Counted from the stretch's first letter, positions 1-9,218 are shown. The stretch: 64,000 nt of DNA from an uncultured Acidobacteriaceae bacterium (GCA_963845345.1 CAWJRQ010000002.1:52443-116442), one strand, 5' to 3'. Notes: generated from the sequence alone by a model not told the origin. Made by a program: numbers and translations.

Positions 1-217
1 ACCCCATGGAGCATGAACGTCATCATCATCCGCTAAGCGAGGCGGCAGGCTCGCGTCCATTTCTTCCGCCACCGGCAAGCCGCCCGCTTCGCAAAAGAGC
101 CGGAGCCAACGCGCTCCGGCTTCTTTGTGCTGCTACTGCAACTTTTTTCGCCTGAAAACGTACTCTCTGCATCCCCATCGCCGCATTTCTGCGGATTAGA
201 GAGTAGAAGCGAAACCC

Positions 218-754
218 ATGGCCCGTGACTGGCAGCCCGACTTCGAACAACTCGTGGATGAGCACCAGTCGATGGTCTTTTCGCTCGCCCTGCGCATGAC
301 CGGCGACCGCGGGCTGGCCGAAGAGATCGCCCAAGATGTTTTTCTGGAGCTGGATCGTCATCTGGGCAAGATCGAGTCCGCCGCGCACGCCTGCTTCTGG
401 TTGCGCCGCGTGGCCATGAGCCGCTCGGCGGATGCGCTCCGGCGGCGCAAGGTGCGCGGCTTGCACCTGTGGGTCGAGATAAATGAGCATCACGGCCTTC
501 AGCTTGAGCCCAGAACATCTCCGTTGGGTGGGCGCCTCGAAGATCTGCTGGCTACTTTGCCCGAGCCGCAGCGCGCGGCGCTTGTTCTCCGCTACCAGGA
601 GGACCTGACGCCGGAGGAGATTGCGGCCATGCTCAATGCGCCACTGGCCACGGTCAAGAGCCATCTGCAACGCGGCCTGAAGCTGCTTCGCGCCAAGGCC
701 GCCACCCATTTGAAGGAGTTCGTTCGCGAAAAGGAGTACGCGCGTGGAGTTTGA
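218..754 (+). CDS. ECF RNA polymerase sigma-70 factor
   Basis: 178 aa; region 2 (LAEEIAQDVFL...WLRRVA) and region 4 (LPEPQRAALVLRY..LTPEEIAAML..PLATVKSHLQRG). Confidence 0.92.
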   Translation: MARDWQPDFEQLVDEHQSMVFSLALRMTGDRGLAEEIAQDVFLELDRHLGKIESAAHACFWLRRVAMSRSADALRRRKVRGLHLWVEINEHHGLQLEPRTSPLGGRLEDLLATLPEPQRAALVLRYQEDLTPEEIAAMLNAPLATVKSHLQRGLKLLRAKAATHLKEFVREKEYARGV

Positions 755-1091
755 ACCGATGGACGATTTTGAAGAGCAGTTGAAGCGGTCCTTCGAGCGT
801 TGGCCGGCGCCGCCCAGCCTGAAGCAGCGGCTAATGGAGAATCGGCGCCGGCGCAAAGAGCGCCCGCGGTGGTTCGCGCTTCCACGCGAAGTGCTTGTGG
901 CCTTGTCGCTGTGTCTCTTTGTGGGTGTCTTTGCCGCGCTGTACGGCGGAATTAGTTCGTACCAGGCGGAGCAACGCCGTAAAGCCGAGGATGTCCGCCA
1001 ACAGGTTCTGACCGCTCTGCGCATCACCAATCACGCGCTCGACCACATGAATCATCAACTCGCGGCTCACCACCGCGCCAGCCAGGAATAA
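744..1091 (+). CDS. putative anti-sigma factor, single TM
   Basis: Overlaps the sigma stop; AAGGAG upstream of GTG; central hydrophobic helix VLVALSLCLFVGVFAALYGGI. Confidence 0.6.
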   Translation: MEFEPMDDFEEQLKRSFERWPAPPSLKQRLMENRRRRKERPRWFALPREVLVALSLCLFVGVFAALYGGISSYQAEQRRKAEDVRQQVLTALRITNHALDHMNHQLAAHHRASQE

Positions 1092-1102
1092 GGAGTGTCT
1101 TC

Positions 1103-1699
1103 ATGAAAAACCGGATCATCACATTCATCTTTGCGGTAGTTGCACTGGCCATGCCCGTGCTGGCGCAGATCTCGTTGTTTCCTTTGCCGCCGGCCGTAGA
1201 AAAGGAACTAGCTGCGCGCGCTTCCGACGTCACTGAGGTCACGCTGGGAAAAAACATGCTGGCCTTCGCCGCCAAATTCATGAACGACAAGGACGATATA
1301 GCCACACGGCATCTGATCGAAGGGCTGGAGGGCATCTACGTCCGCAGTTACGAATTCGATAAGGAAGGGCAGTACTCGATGGAGGAGATCGAGAAGCTGC
1401 GCCAGTCCTTCGAGACCAGCGAGTGGACGCCGATGGTGCGCGAACGCACGCGCAAGACCGGCGAAACCACCGATGTGATGGTGAAGCTGGTCAACGGCGA
1501 GCCCCACGGCTTGTTCGTTCTCACCGTTGAACCAAAAGAACTGACCATCGTGCTGATTCTGGGGCCCATCCACATGGAAGACCTGGGCAAGTTGAAGGGC
1601 TTTGGCGGACTGGGCGTGCTGGGAGACGTGGAAAAGAGCACGAACACATCGAACAAAATGAAGGATAAGGATAAGAATAAGAAGGGCGGCGACCAATGA
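1103..1699 (+). CDS. DUF4252-like secreted protein
   Basis: Signal peptide; VTEVTLGKNML, GIYVRSYEFDKEG, ELTIVLILGPI; typical partner of ECF/anti-sigma operons. Confidence 0.75.
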   Translation: MKNRIITFIFAVVALAMPVLAQISLFPLPPAVEKELAARASDVTEVTLGKNMLAFAAKFMNDKDDIATRHLIEGLEGIYVRSYEFDKEGQYSMEEIEKLRQSFETSEWTPMVRERTRKTGETTDVMVKLVNGEPHGLFVLTVEPKELTIVLILGPIHMEDLGKLKGFGGLGVLGDVEKSTNTSNKMKDKDKNKKGGDQ

Positions 1700-2202
1700 G
1701 GCGGCTGTTGATTTTTCCCATCGTATTTGCGGCCCTGCTGATTCCGGTGGCCGTGCTGGCCAGCGGCAGTGGCGGCTTTGACGGCGTCGTAAGCTCCATT
1801 GAGAGCCGCTATCATGTGCGGGCCACGCGCATTCCCTTCATGGGCCTCGTCAGCGCCATCGCGCGGACCGCTACACAGAATGACGTCGGCAACATTCACG
1901 TGGCGGAGTTCGAGCACTTTACCGGGCCCGTGGACGGCGAAGAGCTGACCCGCATGGTCGAGCAGAAGCTGGGCCCGGGCTGGGAGCGGATGATCCGTGA
2001 GACCAGTCGTAACGGTAAAAAGCAGACGCTGATTTTCATCCATCCCGAAGGCAACCAGATGGGCTTGTTCATCGTGGATTATGACGGCTATAAGTTGGAC
2101 GTGGTGCAGGTTGCAGTAAATCCAGACCACCTGAATGAGAGAATCGGGCAATACGAACATCACCCCCGCGAGAACGCAACAAACGAAAATGTATCGGAGT
2201 AA
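1696..2202 (+). CDS. secreted hypothetical protein (DUF4252-related)
   Basis: ATGA overlap with previous gene; signal peptide; GWERMIRE motif resembles WTPMVRE of the neighbour. Confidence 0.65.
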   Translation: MRRLLIFPIVFAALLIPVAVLASGSGGFDGVVSSIESRYHVRATRIPFMGLVSAIARTATQNDVGNIHVAEFEHFTGPVDGEELTRMVEQKLGPGWERMIRETSRNGKKQTLIFIHPEGNQMGLFIVDYDGYKLDVVQVAVNPDHLNERIGQYEHHPRENATNENVSE

Positions 2203-2267
2203 GCGCAGAGGCAGAACCAAATTCTTCTAATTCCGCACAGCCTCGGCTGGCTACACTGATATTCAGT

Positions 2268-3230
2268 ATGGCCAGCCTTTCTTCACCGCCGTTATCAAAC
2301 TATCGCGGCCGCCTTGCCCCCTCGCCCACGGGCTACTTGCACATCGGCCACGCGCGCACCTTCTGGACGGCCTACCAGCGCGCAATCGCCGCCGCCGGAA
2401 CTCTGGTCATGCGCATGGAAGACCTGGACCCCGATCGCAGCCGTGCCGAGTACGCCGATGCCGCCATCGAAGACCTGCGCTGGCTGGGAATTCGCTGGCA
2501 GGAAGGCCCGGACCTTGGCGGCCCGTTCGCTCCCTATGAGCAAAGCCGCCGCATGGCCTTCTATCTCGACGCCTGGCGCAAGCTGCAAAAGGGCGGTTTT
2601 CTCTTTCCCTGCCGCTGCTCGCGCAAAGATCTCGAAGCCGCGCTCAGTGCCCCGCATGAAAGCATTTCGTCCAGCACGGTTGCAGCGCAAAGTCACAACG
2701 AGCCAAACAATGGAAATATGGAGCCGCTCGACGACGAACCCGTCTATCCCGGCACATGCCGTCGTTCTGAGAACAACATTCTGCTGTCGCCCGATTCCCC
2801 GGCGCATAACATCGCCGAGCCCGGCTGCTTCAACTGGCGCTTCCGCGTCCCCGCGGGCGTTGCCATTGAATTCGTAGACTTGAATCTCGGCCCGCAGCGT
2901 TTTGTCGCCGGCACGGATTTCGGCGACTTTGTCGTCTGGCGTCGCAACGGCGTTCCCAGTTACCAACTGGCCTGCGTCGCCGATGACGCCGCCATGCAGA
3001 TCACCGAAGTCGTGCGCGGCGAGGACCTGCTCAAATCCACCGCGCGGCAAATCCTGCTCTACCGCGCCCTCCAGCTCACTCCTCCCGCTTGGTTCCACTG
3101 CCGCCTGGTCGCGGACACGAACGGCCGCCGCCTGGCCAAGCGCCGCGACGCGCTCAGCCTGCGCACCCTGCGTCTGCGCGGATTCACTCCAGAACAGATT
3201 CTCTCCGGCGAGTTGCCGGTGGAAGAATAG
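2268..3230 (+). CDS. gluQ: tRNA glutamyl-Q(34) synthetase GluQRS
   Basis: YRGRLAPSPTGYLHIGH, CxC, YPGTC, YQLACVADD, VVRGEDLL, RLAKR; no anticodon-binding domain. Confidence 0.93.
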   Translation: MASLSSPPLSNYRGRLAPSPTGYLHIGHARTFWTAYQRAIAAAGTLVMRMEDLDPDRSRAEYADAAIEDLRWLGIRWQEGPDLGGPFAPYEQSRRMAFYLDAWRKLQKGGFLFPCRCSRKDLEAALSAPHESISSSTVAAQSHNEPNNGNMEPLDDEPVYPGTCRRSENNILLSPDSPAHNIAEPGCFNWRFRVPAGVAIEFVDLNLGPQRFVAGTDFGDFVVWRRNGVPSYQLACVADDAAMQITEVVRGEDLLKSTARQILLYRALQLTPPAWFHCRLVADTNGRRLAKRRDALSLRTLRLRGFTPEQILSGELPVEE

Positions 3231-3252
3231 GGCACGCTCAGAACGGCTCTGG

Positions 3253-3924
3253 CTAGCTGCCCCCGCTGCACAGCTTAATCGCGTGAATCATCGCCTTGGC
3301 CACGCGGTCGGCCGTCTCTTTATTGTGAAAATGGAGAGCAAATTCCCCAACGTTCTTGCCGGCCGTAACCGTCATAGGCTGTTGATCAGTTTTTTCAGCA
3401 GCAAGGTGGACAACGAGCTCGAAGAACGATGGTTGTTCCTGATATGTCATCGCGGGGTTCGCGCGGTGCTTGTAGTCTGTAGCGCTCAGGACCTCCAGCT
3501 TCTCGATGTCCTTGAAATACACTCGCCAGTTAAATGTCTGGTTCGTCGTTACTTGCCGGTCCTCGAAAATGTGCTTTATCCCCACCGAGGCTGTCTGGTT
3601 CATCGTGTCTCCCTGCGCCGAGGACTTGATGGAGTTCTGCAGGAACAGCCCGCCTGCCGGGTCAACCGCGACCACTTTAGACTCTACGGAATTCTGTATA
3701 GATGGGATTTTTTCCCCTGTGAGCGTGTTGCTGGCAGATTCGACATAGACAATGCTGCCTTGCTGGTTCACCTTGTCCTGAATTAATTTCAGAGTCTCCT
3801 CCAGCGACGGACCGTTCTCTGCGGGTTTATCAGAAGCCGGTTGCGGCGTAGGCGGAACGCTCTGTTGTGCCAGAACAGTTGCGCTGGATAAAGCGAGCAT
3901 CATAATCACTTCAACAAACCGCAT
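3253..3924 (-). CDS. secreted paralogue A of tandem family (type I core, no helical module)
   Basis: Signal peptide MRFVEV..AQQS; GPSLEETLKLIQDK; ADRVAKAMIHAIKLCSGGS; TAG stop followed in frame by PEPF-TGA. Confidence 0.8.
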   Translation of the reverse strand: MRFVEVIMMLALSSATVLAQQSVPPTPQPASDKPAENGPSLEETLKLIQDKVNQQGSIVYVESASNTLTGEKIPSIQNSVESKVVAVDPAGGLFLQNSIKSSAQGDTMNQTASVGIKHIFEDRQVTTNQTFNWRVYFKDIEKLEVLSATDYKHRANPAMTYQEQPSFFELVVHLAAEKTDQQPMTVTAGKNVGEFALHFHNKETADRVAKAMIHAIKLCSGGS

Positions 3925-3949
3925 GCGATTCACCTCATGAATGCCCCAA

Positions 3950-4846
3950 TCAAAACGGCTCCGGCGTGCTGCCCCCGCCGCACAGCTCAATCACGTGAAT
4001 CATCGCCTTGGCCACGCGGTCCGCCGTCTCTTCATCCCGGAAATGAAGCACAAATTCCCCAGCGTTCTTATTCGCTTCCGACTCTGTGGGTTTACCGTGT
4101 CTCCCACTGGTAACTACTGCCCGGGAATGCTGTTGTACAGTCTTTCCGGCGGCGAGGTGGACGAGAAGTTCAAAGAACGGCGGACTGTCCTGGTACACAT
4201 ATCCTTGGGCATAGCGATGCTTGTACTCTGCCGAGCTCAGGACCTCTAGCCTATCAAGATCCTTGATATTCACCCGCCAGGTTGCTGTTCCATTACTGGT
4301 GATGCCCCTTATCGCAACCGTAGTCTGTTCCTGGAAGGACAACCCGCCGGCCGGATCAACTGCGATAACTTGAGATTCTTGGGAATACTGAAAAACAGAC
4401 CCTAAGTCCGCGCCGCTGCTTGCGTAGCTGACAGACTCGGTATAGGCAAAGCTGCCCTGCTGGTTCACTTTGTCCTGAATGAACTTCAGGGACTCAGCGA
4501 GAGTTGGGCCGTTTGTGGGTGGCGCTGCGGCGGGCGGCTGCTCCGCGGGCTGTGTAGGAGCCGCGCCCTGGGACATCACAGCCTTCAGTTCGGCTTCGGT
4601 CGCGCCGGCTTGCTTGAGCGTGATCAGCGCAGTGGTGGTGGTATCGAACTTGCCGGTGATGGCATGTATCTTGTCCAGGACCACGCTTTCCGGCATCCCT
4701 GCCCGCAACAGCATCAGAACTTCAGCGTTGGCGGGCGCGTCATTTGCGGGCCTGGGCGGGGGCGCTACAGACTGTTGCGCAATCGCAAAGCCGCTGGACA
4801 GAACCGCCAAACAAACGACAAAGACGACGCGCAAAATGTGTTTCAT
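3950..4846 (-). CDS. secreted paralogue B (helical module + type I core)
   Basis: MKHILRVV signal; NAEVLMLLRAG..LKQAGATEAEL; ends IELCGGGSTPEPF. Confidence 0.85.
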   Translation of the reverse strand: MKHILRVVFVVCLAVLSSGFAIAQQSVAPPPRPANDAPANAEVLMLLRAGMPESVVLDKIHAITGKFDTTTTALITLKQAGATEAELKAVMSQGAAPTQPAEQPPAAAPPTNGPTLAESLKFIQDKVNQQGSFAYTESVSYASSGADLGSVFQYSQESQVIAVDPAGGLSFQEQTTVAIRGITSNGTATWRVNIKDLDRLEVLSSAEYKHRYAQGYVYQDSPPFFELLVHLAAGKTVQQHSRAVVTSGRHGKPTESEANKNAGEFVLHFRDEETADRVAKAMIHVIELCGGGSTPEPF

Positions 4847-4856
4847 GCACTTGCTC

Positions 4857-5651
4857 CTAAAACTTCTCTTTCTTGCCGCCGCCGCACAGCTCGACGGCGT
4901 GGGTAAGCGCCTTGGCGACGCGGTCGGCGAGATTGGCGTCGGTGAAACGGAAGATGTTCTCCTCACCGTGCGGGCGGCGCACCTCCAGCACCGTAATGGG
5001 CGGGTTGGTGGATGTGACGATGACGTTGGGGGAGCCGTTCCTCGCCTGGTATTCGGTTTCGAGCTGTTCCCAAGGCCTGACCACAATGTCCTGGACATCG
5101 CGCAGCGAGAAGACGCTATTCTCGTCCTTGTAGGTCTTGCCACCACCTGTTCCCTCTCGATCGAAGGAGATGCGGCACTGGTTCTGGTCGGCAACAACGT
5201 TGCTGATCACGTTTGTGCAGGTGTTGGTCCCTGTGCGGCCGTCGTTTATGTCCTGGAGGACCTCGACCCAGGCGACCTTGCCTATGTCGTTCAGCTTGTC
5301 CTGGATAAACTGCATGGTCTCGGCGAGGGATGGGCCGCTGTTTGTTTGCGCGCCGGCGGGCGGTGCGTTTGCGGGCGCCGCGCCCTGAGCCTGTATCGCG
5401 GTGAGTTCCGCTTCGCTGGCGCCGGCCTGTTTGAGCGCGGCCAGCGCATCGGCGGAGGTATCGAACGTGCCAGCTGCAGCGGAAATGACATGCAGGATCG
5501 CTCTCTCCGACACTCCTGCGCGCAGCAGCTTTAGGACCTCGGCGTTGGCGGGCGCATCACCGGCAGGTTGGGGCGGAGGCGGAACACTTTGTTGCGCCAG
5601 CGCGATGGAGGCCGCCAATACTACAGTCAGAAACACAGAAACAATGCGCAT
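4857..5651 (-). CDS. secreted paralogue C (helical module + type II core)
   Basis: Signal; NAEVLKLLRAGVSE; IQDKLNDIG; ends VELCGGGKKEKF. Confidence 0.85.
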   Translation of the reverse strand: MRIVSVFLTVVLAASIALAQQSVPPPPQPAGDAPANAEVLKLLRAGVSERAILHVISAAAGTFDTSADALAALKQAGASEAELTAIQAQGAAPANAPPAGAQTNSGPSLAETMQFIQDKLNDIGKVAWVEVLQDINDGRTGTNTCTNVISNVVADQNQCRISFDREGTGGGKTYKDENSVFSLRDVQDIVVRPWEQLETEYQARNGSPNVIVTSTNPPITVLEVRRPHGEENIFRFTDANLADRVAKALTHAVELCGGGKKEKF

Positions 5652-5675
5652 AACATTCTCCCCATTGCAAATCCG

Positions 5676-5753
5676 CGCGAAGCCCTAAAACCTTCGCGCT
5701 TGCAGTTTACGCCTCTGAAGAGCTTTGCGTCCCAAGGTCGAGAGCCGCCCCGC
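5676..5753 (-). repeat. intergenic imperfect hairpin, copy 1
   Basis: Near-identical to 6636-6712; minus strand GGGACGCAAAGCTC...AGGCGTAAACTGCAAGCGCGAAG...GGGCTT. Confidence 0.75.
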
Positions 5754-6611
5754 TCAGAACGGCTCCGGCTTGCTGCCGCCTCCGCATAGCTCAATGGCAT
5801 GAATGATCGCCTTGGCCACGCGGTTGGCCGTCTCTTCGTCGCGGAAGTGAAGAACAAACTCACCAATGTTTTTGTCCTCCTCCATAGTCTTGCCGTGCTT
5901 GCCTCCGGTGATCCACCTGCGATGCTGTCGTACAGTTTTTCCGGCGGCAAGGTGGATGACGAGCTCGAAGAACGGCGGATCGTACTGAACAACCATTCCG
6001 AAGCGGTGCGTGTAGTCCGCCGCGTTCAACACCTCCAGCTTCTCGATGTCCTTGAAATCCACCCGCGAGGTCCATGTGTCGATCACCGTTTCTTCCTGCG
6101 GCGGCCACGTGGTAGAATTCTGGAGGAACAGCCCGCAAGACGGGTCGACTGCGACTACTTGAGAATGGTCGTCACAAAACATATCCCCAGATCTCTCACT
6201 GGTCGCTGAGTCGAAGAAAGTTTCGTGAGATACGATCTTGCCCTGTTGGTTCACTTTGTCCTGAATGAATTGCATGGTCTCGGCCAGGGATGGGCCGCTG
6301 GTGGTTGCAGCGCCGGCGGACGGTGCGTTTGCGGGCGCCGCGCCCTGAGCCTGTATCGCGCTGAGTTCCGCTTCGCTGGCGCCAGCCTGCTTGAGCGCGG
6401 CCAGCGCATCGGCGGAAGTATCGTACGTGCCGGCTGCAGCGGAAATGACATGCAGGATCGTTCTCTCCGACACTCCTGCCCGCAGCAGCTTCAGAACCTC
6501 GGCGTTTGCCTGCGCGTCATTTGCGGGTTGCGGCGGTGGCGGCACACTCGTTTGCGCCAGCGCGAGTGAAGCAGTCAGAACTAACGTCAGAAACACAGGA
6601 ATCATGCGCAT
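5754..6611 (-). CDS. secreted paralogue D (helical module + type I core)
   Basis: MRMIPVFL signal; 5' half nearly identical to C at DNA level; IQDKVNQQG; ends IELCGGGSKPEPF. Confidence 0.85.
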   Translation of the reverse strand: MRMIPVFLTLVLTASLALAQTSVPPPPQPANDAQANAEVLKLLRAGVSERTILHVISAAAGTYDTSADALAALKQAGASEAELSAIQAQGAAPANAPSAGAATTSGPSLAETMQFIQDKVNQQGKIVSHETFFDSATSERSGDMFCDDHSQVVAVDPSCGLFLQNSTTWPPQEETVIDTWTSRVDFKDIEKLEVLNAADYTHRFGMVVQYDPPFFELVIHLAAGKTVRQHRRWITGGKHGKTMEEDKNIGEFVLHFRDEETANRVAKAIIHAIELCGGGSKPEPF

Positions 6612-6635
6612 CACATTCTCCCCATAACAATTCAT

Positions 6636-6712
6636 CGCAAAGCCCGAAAACTTCGCGCTTGCAGTTTACGCCTCCGGAGAGCTTTGCGTCCCATTGTCGA
6701 GATGCGCCCGCC
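6636..6712 (-). repeat. intergenic imperfect hairpin, copy 2
   Basis: CGCAAAGCTC pairs with GGGCTTTGCG; same core as copy 1. Confidence 0.75.
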
Positions 6713-7507
6713 TCAGAACAGTTCGGCCTTAGGCCCTCCTCCGCACAGCTCCACGGCATGAATCATGGCTTTGGCCACGTGGTCGGCTGTCTCCTGCTCG
6801 TAAAAACGAATAGTGGGATCTTTACCATTTTTCAGCTTGAACACCAGGGCAATAATTTCCGGAACATCCTTAACCGTCTTGGTGGAGTCTCCGATGCGCG
6901 CCAGGTACATCTGCCAATCCTGCTCATCCGGCAGCACTGAGACGTTTTTCACCTCGCGCAGATTGATGAATACATTCTCATCGTGCTCTTTTCTGCCGTT
7001 ATTGAAGACCAGGCGATGATAACTGAGGGTGCAGGCGCCCGGATTGGCAACTGCATTGCTGATGGTGGTAGAGAACTTCTGCACCCCATCGGTGTCGTTG
7101 GATGCATCATGGACGTAGCCGGCAAAGTTCACCGTGCCAATCTCGTTGAGCTTGTCCTGGATGAACTTCATAGTCTCGGCGAGGGATGGGCCGCTGTTTG
7201 TTTGCGCGCCAGCGGGTGGTGCGCTTGCGGGCGCCGCGCCTGAAGACGCTATCGCTCTGAGTTCTGCTTCGCTGGCCCCGGCCTGTTTGAGCGCGGCTAG
7301 CGCATCGGCAGAGGTATCGAACGTGCTTCCTGCAGCGGAAATGACATGCAGAATCGCTCTTTCCGACACTCCCGTATGCAGAAGCTTTAGGACTGTAGCG
7401 TTTGATTGCGACTCACTTGCCGGTGGCGGCGGAGGCGGAACGCTCTGTTGCGCCCACGCGGATGCGGAAACCAGAACCATCGTAAAAAACACAGTAACAA
7501 TGCGCAT
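6713..7507 (-). CDS. secreted paralogue E (helical module + type II core)
   Basis: Signal; IQDKLNEIG; ends VELCGGGPKAELF. Confidence 0.85.
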   Translation of the reverse strand: MRIVTVFFTMVLVSASAWAQQSVPPPPPPASESQSNATVLKLLHTGVSERAILHVISAAGSTFDTSADALAALKQAGASEAELRAIASSGAAPASAPPAGAQTNSGPSLAETMKFIQDKLNEIGTVNFAGYVHDASNDTDGVQKFSTTISNAVANPGACTLSYHRLVFNNGRKEHDENVFINLREVKNVSVLPDEQDWQMYLARIGDSTKTVKDVPEIIALVFKLKNGKDPTIRFYEQETADHVAKAMIHAVELCGGGPKAELF

Positions 7508-7571
7508 AATATTCTCCCAAATTCAGTTCAGCGCGAGGCTCGGAATCCGCTTCGCATTTGTAACTTCCTGT

Positions 7572-8424
7572 TTAGAACGGCTCCGGCGCGCTGCCCCCGC
7601 CGCACAGCTCAATCGCGTGAATCATCGCCTTGGCCACGCGGTTGGCCGCGTCTTCATCCCGGAAATGAATTGCAAATTCCTGGATGCTTTCATCCGTCTC
7701 CGTACTCCTGGCGTGCCGGTTGCTGGGTACCGTCTGGATATGCTGTGTCACGGGTTTTCCGGCTGCCATATGAACAACCAGCTCAAAGTACGCCGGATCA
7801 TCCTGGTACGTCATCGCCGGATTCATGCGGTGCTTGTAGTCCGCCGAGCTGATCACCTCCAGCTTTCCGGCGTTCTTGAAATTCACCGGCCAGACCTTTG
7901 TCCAATCCTCCGTACCCGCCGCCACAACCCACGCCGACCTCGGCGCTTCCGTCTTTCGTTCCCGTTTCCTTGATGGATAAAATCCCGGCAGGATTGACGG
8001 CCACAACTTCTGTATCCGCGTATTGCTCCGGGGGCGGACCGGCGGCGCCGGCATAGCCCTTTTTCATCGGACCGCGGGCAAGGGACGGGCTCGCTTTAGC
8101 GGCAGCCGGCCGGTGCGCAAATCCCAATGAGGCATTCTCTTCGACCTTCTCTCCGGTCAGCGAGTTGATCTCAGATTCCACATAGACAATCTTGCCCTGT
8201 TCGTTCACCTTGTCCTGAATAAATTTCAAAGTCACCTCCAACGTCGGCCCGTTGGCAGCCGTCGGATTAGCGGCGGTCTGAACTGCCGTGGGCGCACTGG
8301 CCGTGGACGGGTTGGCCGCCACGGGCTTGTCAGGGGCCGGTTGCGGCGGTGGCGGCACCGTCTGTTGCGCCAGCGCCGTTGCGCCAGCCAGGATTATGGT
8401 CAGGAACACTGTAATGTTTCGCAT
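7572..8424 (-). CDS. secreted paralogue F (type I core, no helical module; frameshift near 7950)
   Basis: MRNITVF signal and GPTLEVTLKFIQDK in ORF 7798..8511; C-terminal half ending IELCGGGSAPEPF in ORF 7572..8054. Confidence 0.75.
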
Positions 8425-8670
8425 ACACTCCTCCCGGGTTCGGCGATAGTGGCCCAGTCCGGCCTGAAGGTGCGGGCAACCTCTTTCACCCGCTTCGCTA
8501 AGCTGCTTCACAGCAACCGGCTCTGAATACCATCGTCAGGTTGGAATTCTACTCAGTTGTCCCCTTGGCTGTCACGGCTGCATACGCGGGGGCAGTGGGT
8601 CAGTCCAGTCTCAAGCTTTTTATAAATTGCAGATTCAGGGCTTTACAGGATATGGTGTGGCAAGAAGCGT

Positions 8671-8737
8671 CAGGGCACGACTTCGCCGGGGTCCCCATCG
8701 ACGGGTCTTCGTCGATGGGGTGGCTTCAGTCGTGCCG
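8671..8737. repeat. nested REP-like palindromes
   Basis: GGCACGACT...AGTCGTGCC arms interrupted by a hairpin CCCCATCGACG/CGTCGATGGGG with CTTC on both sides. Confidence 0.7.
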
Positions 8738-8797
8738 CATTTGCGACAAAATCAAATCGGGCTTTATTGAGGACTGCATAAGGAATGTCGCACAAAC

Positions 8798-8888
8798 GCG
8801 CCGGAGGCGCAGTGTTTGTTAGCCCCGCGCTTCAGCGTGGGGAAAATGGAGTCCACAGATTCATTCCGGAGTCCCGTAGGGACGGTGT
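8798..8888. repeat. REP-like short palindrome cluster
   Basis: GCGCCGGAGGCGC, CCCCGCGCTTCAGCGTGGGG, GTCCCGTAGGGAC hairpins. Confidence 0.6.
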
Positions 8889-8948
8889 AAGGACATTTCT
8901 TTTGCAGGGATCAATAGCCCCTGAGGAATGTTTTTCTAATCTGATCCG

Positions 8949-9137
8949 CTATCCGAGTTTGCCTCTCCGAACAAGTTCTTCCTTGACCTCTTCCAACGGG
9001 ATGCTCTCCTCGTTCCGGCGTGACTCGGAGACCAGAACATCCTCGAACTCCTCCCACAACTCCGCGTGCTCGCGAAGGTCGATCTGGACCGCGACCTTGC
9101 GTCCCTCCTCATCCGTCACATACTGAATCCCGGTCAT
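8949..9137 (-). CDS. orphan type II antitoxin-like protein
   Basis: 62 aa, acidic; IQYVTDEEGRKVAVQI..EEFED..ESIPLEEVK; GGGGGA RBS; no toxin ORF downstream. Confidence 0.65.
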   Translation of the reverse strand: MTGIQYVTDEEGRKVAVQIDLREHAELWEEFEDVLVSESRRNEESIPLEEVKEELVRRGKLG

Positions 9138-9218
9138 GATTATCCCCCCAAGACGCGCACCCGCATGATTTGACGCTACTCTTGGGCTGACTCGCAGTCA
9201 AGATGGACGTGAATCCTG

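Noticed and set aside
3253-8424. DGR, integron or CRISPR explanation for the array
   Set aside because: No reverse transcriptase, integrase or cas gene nearby; no adenine-only TR/VR pair; no RYYYAAC/GTTRRRY ends; no repeat-spacer periodicity.
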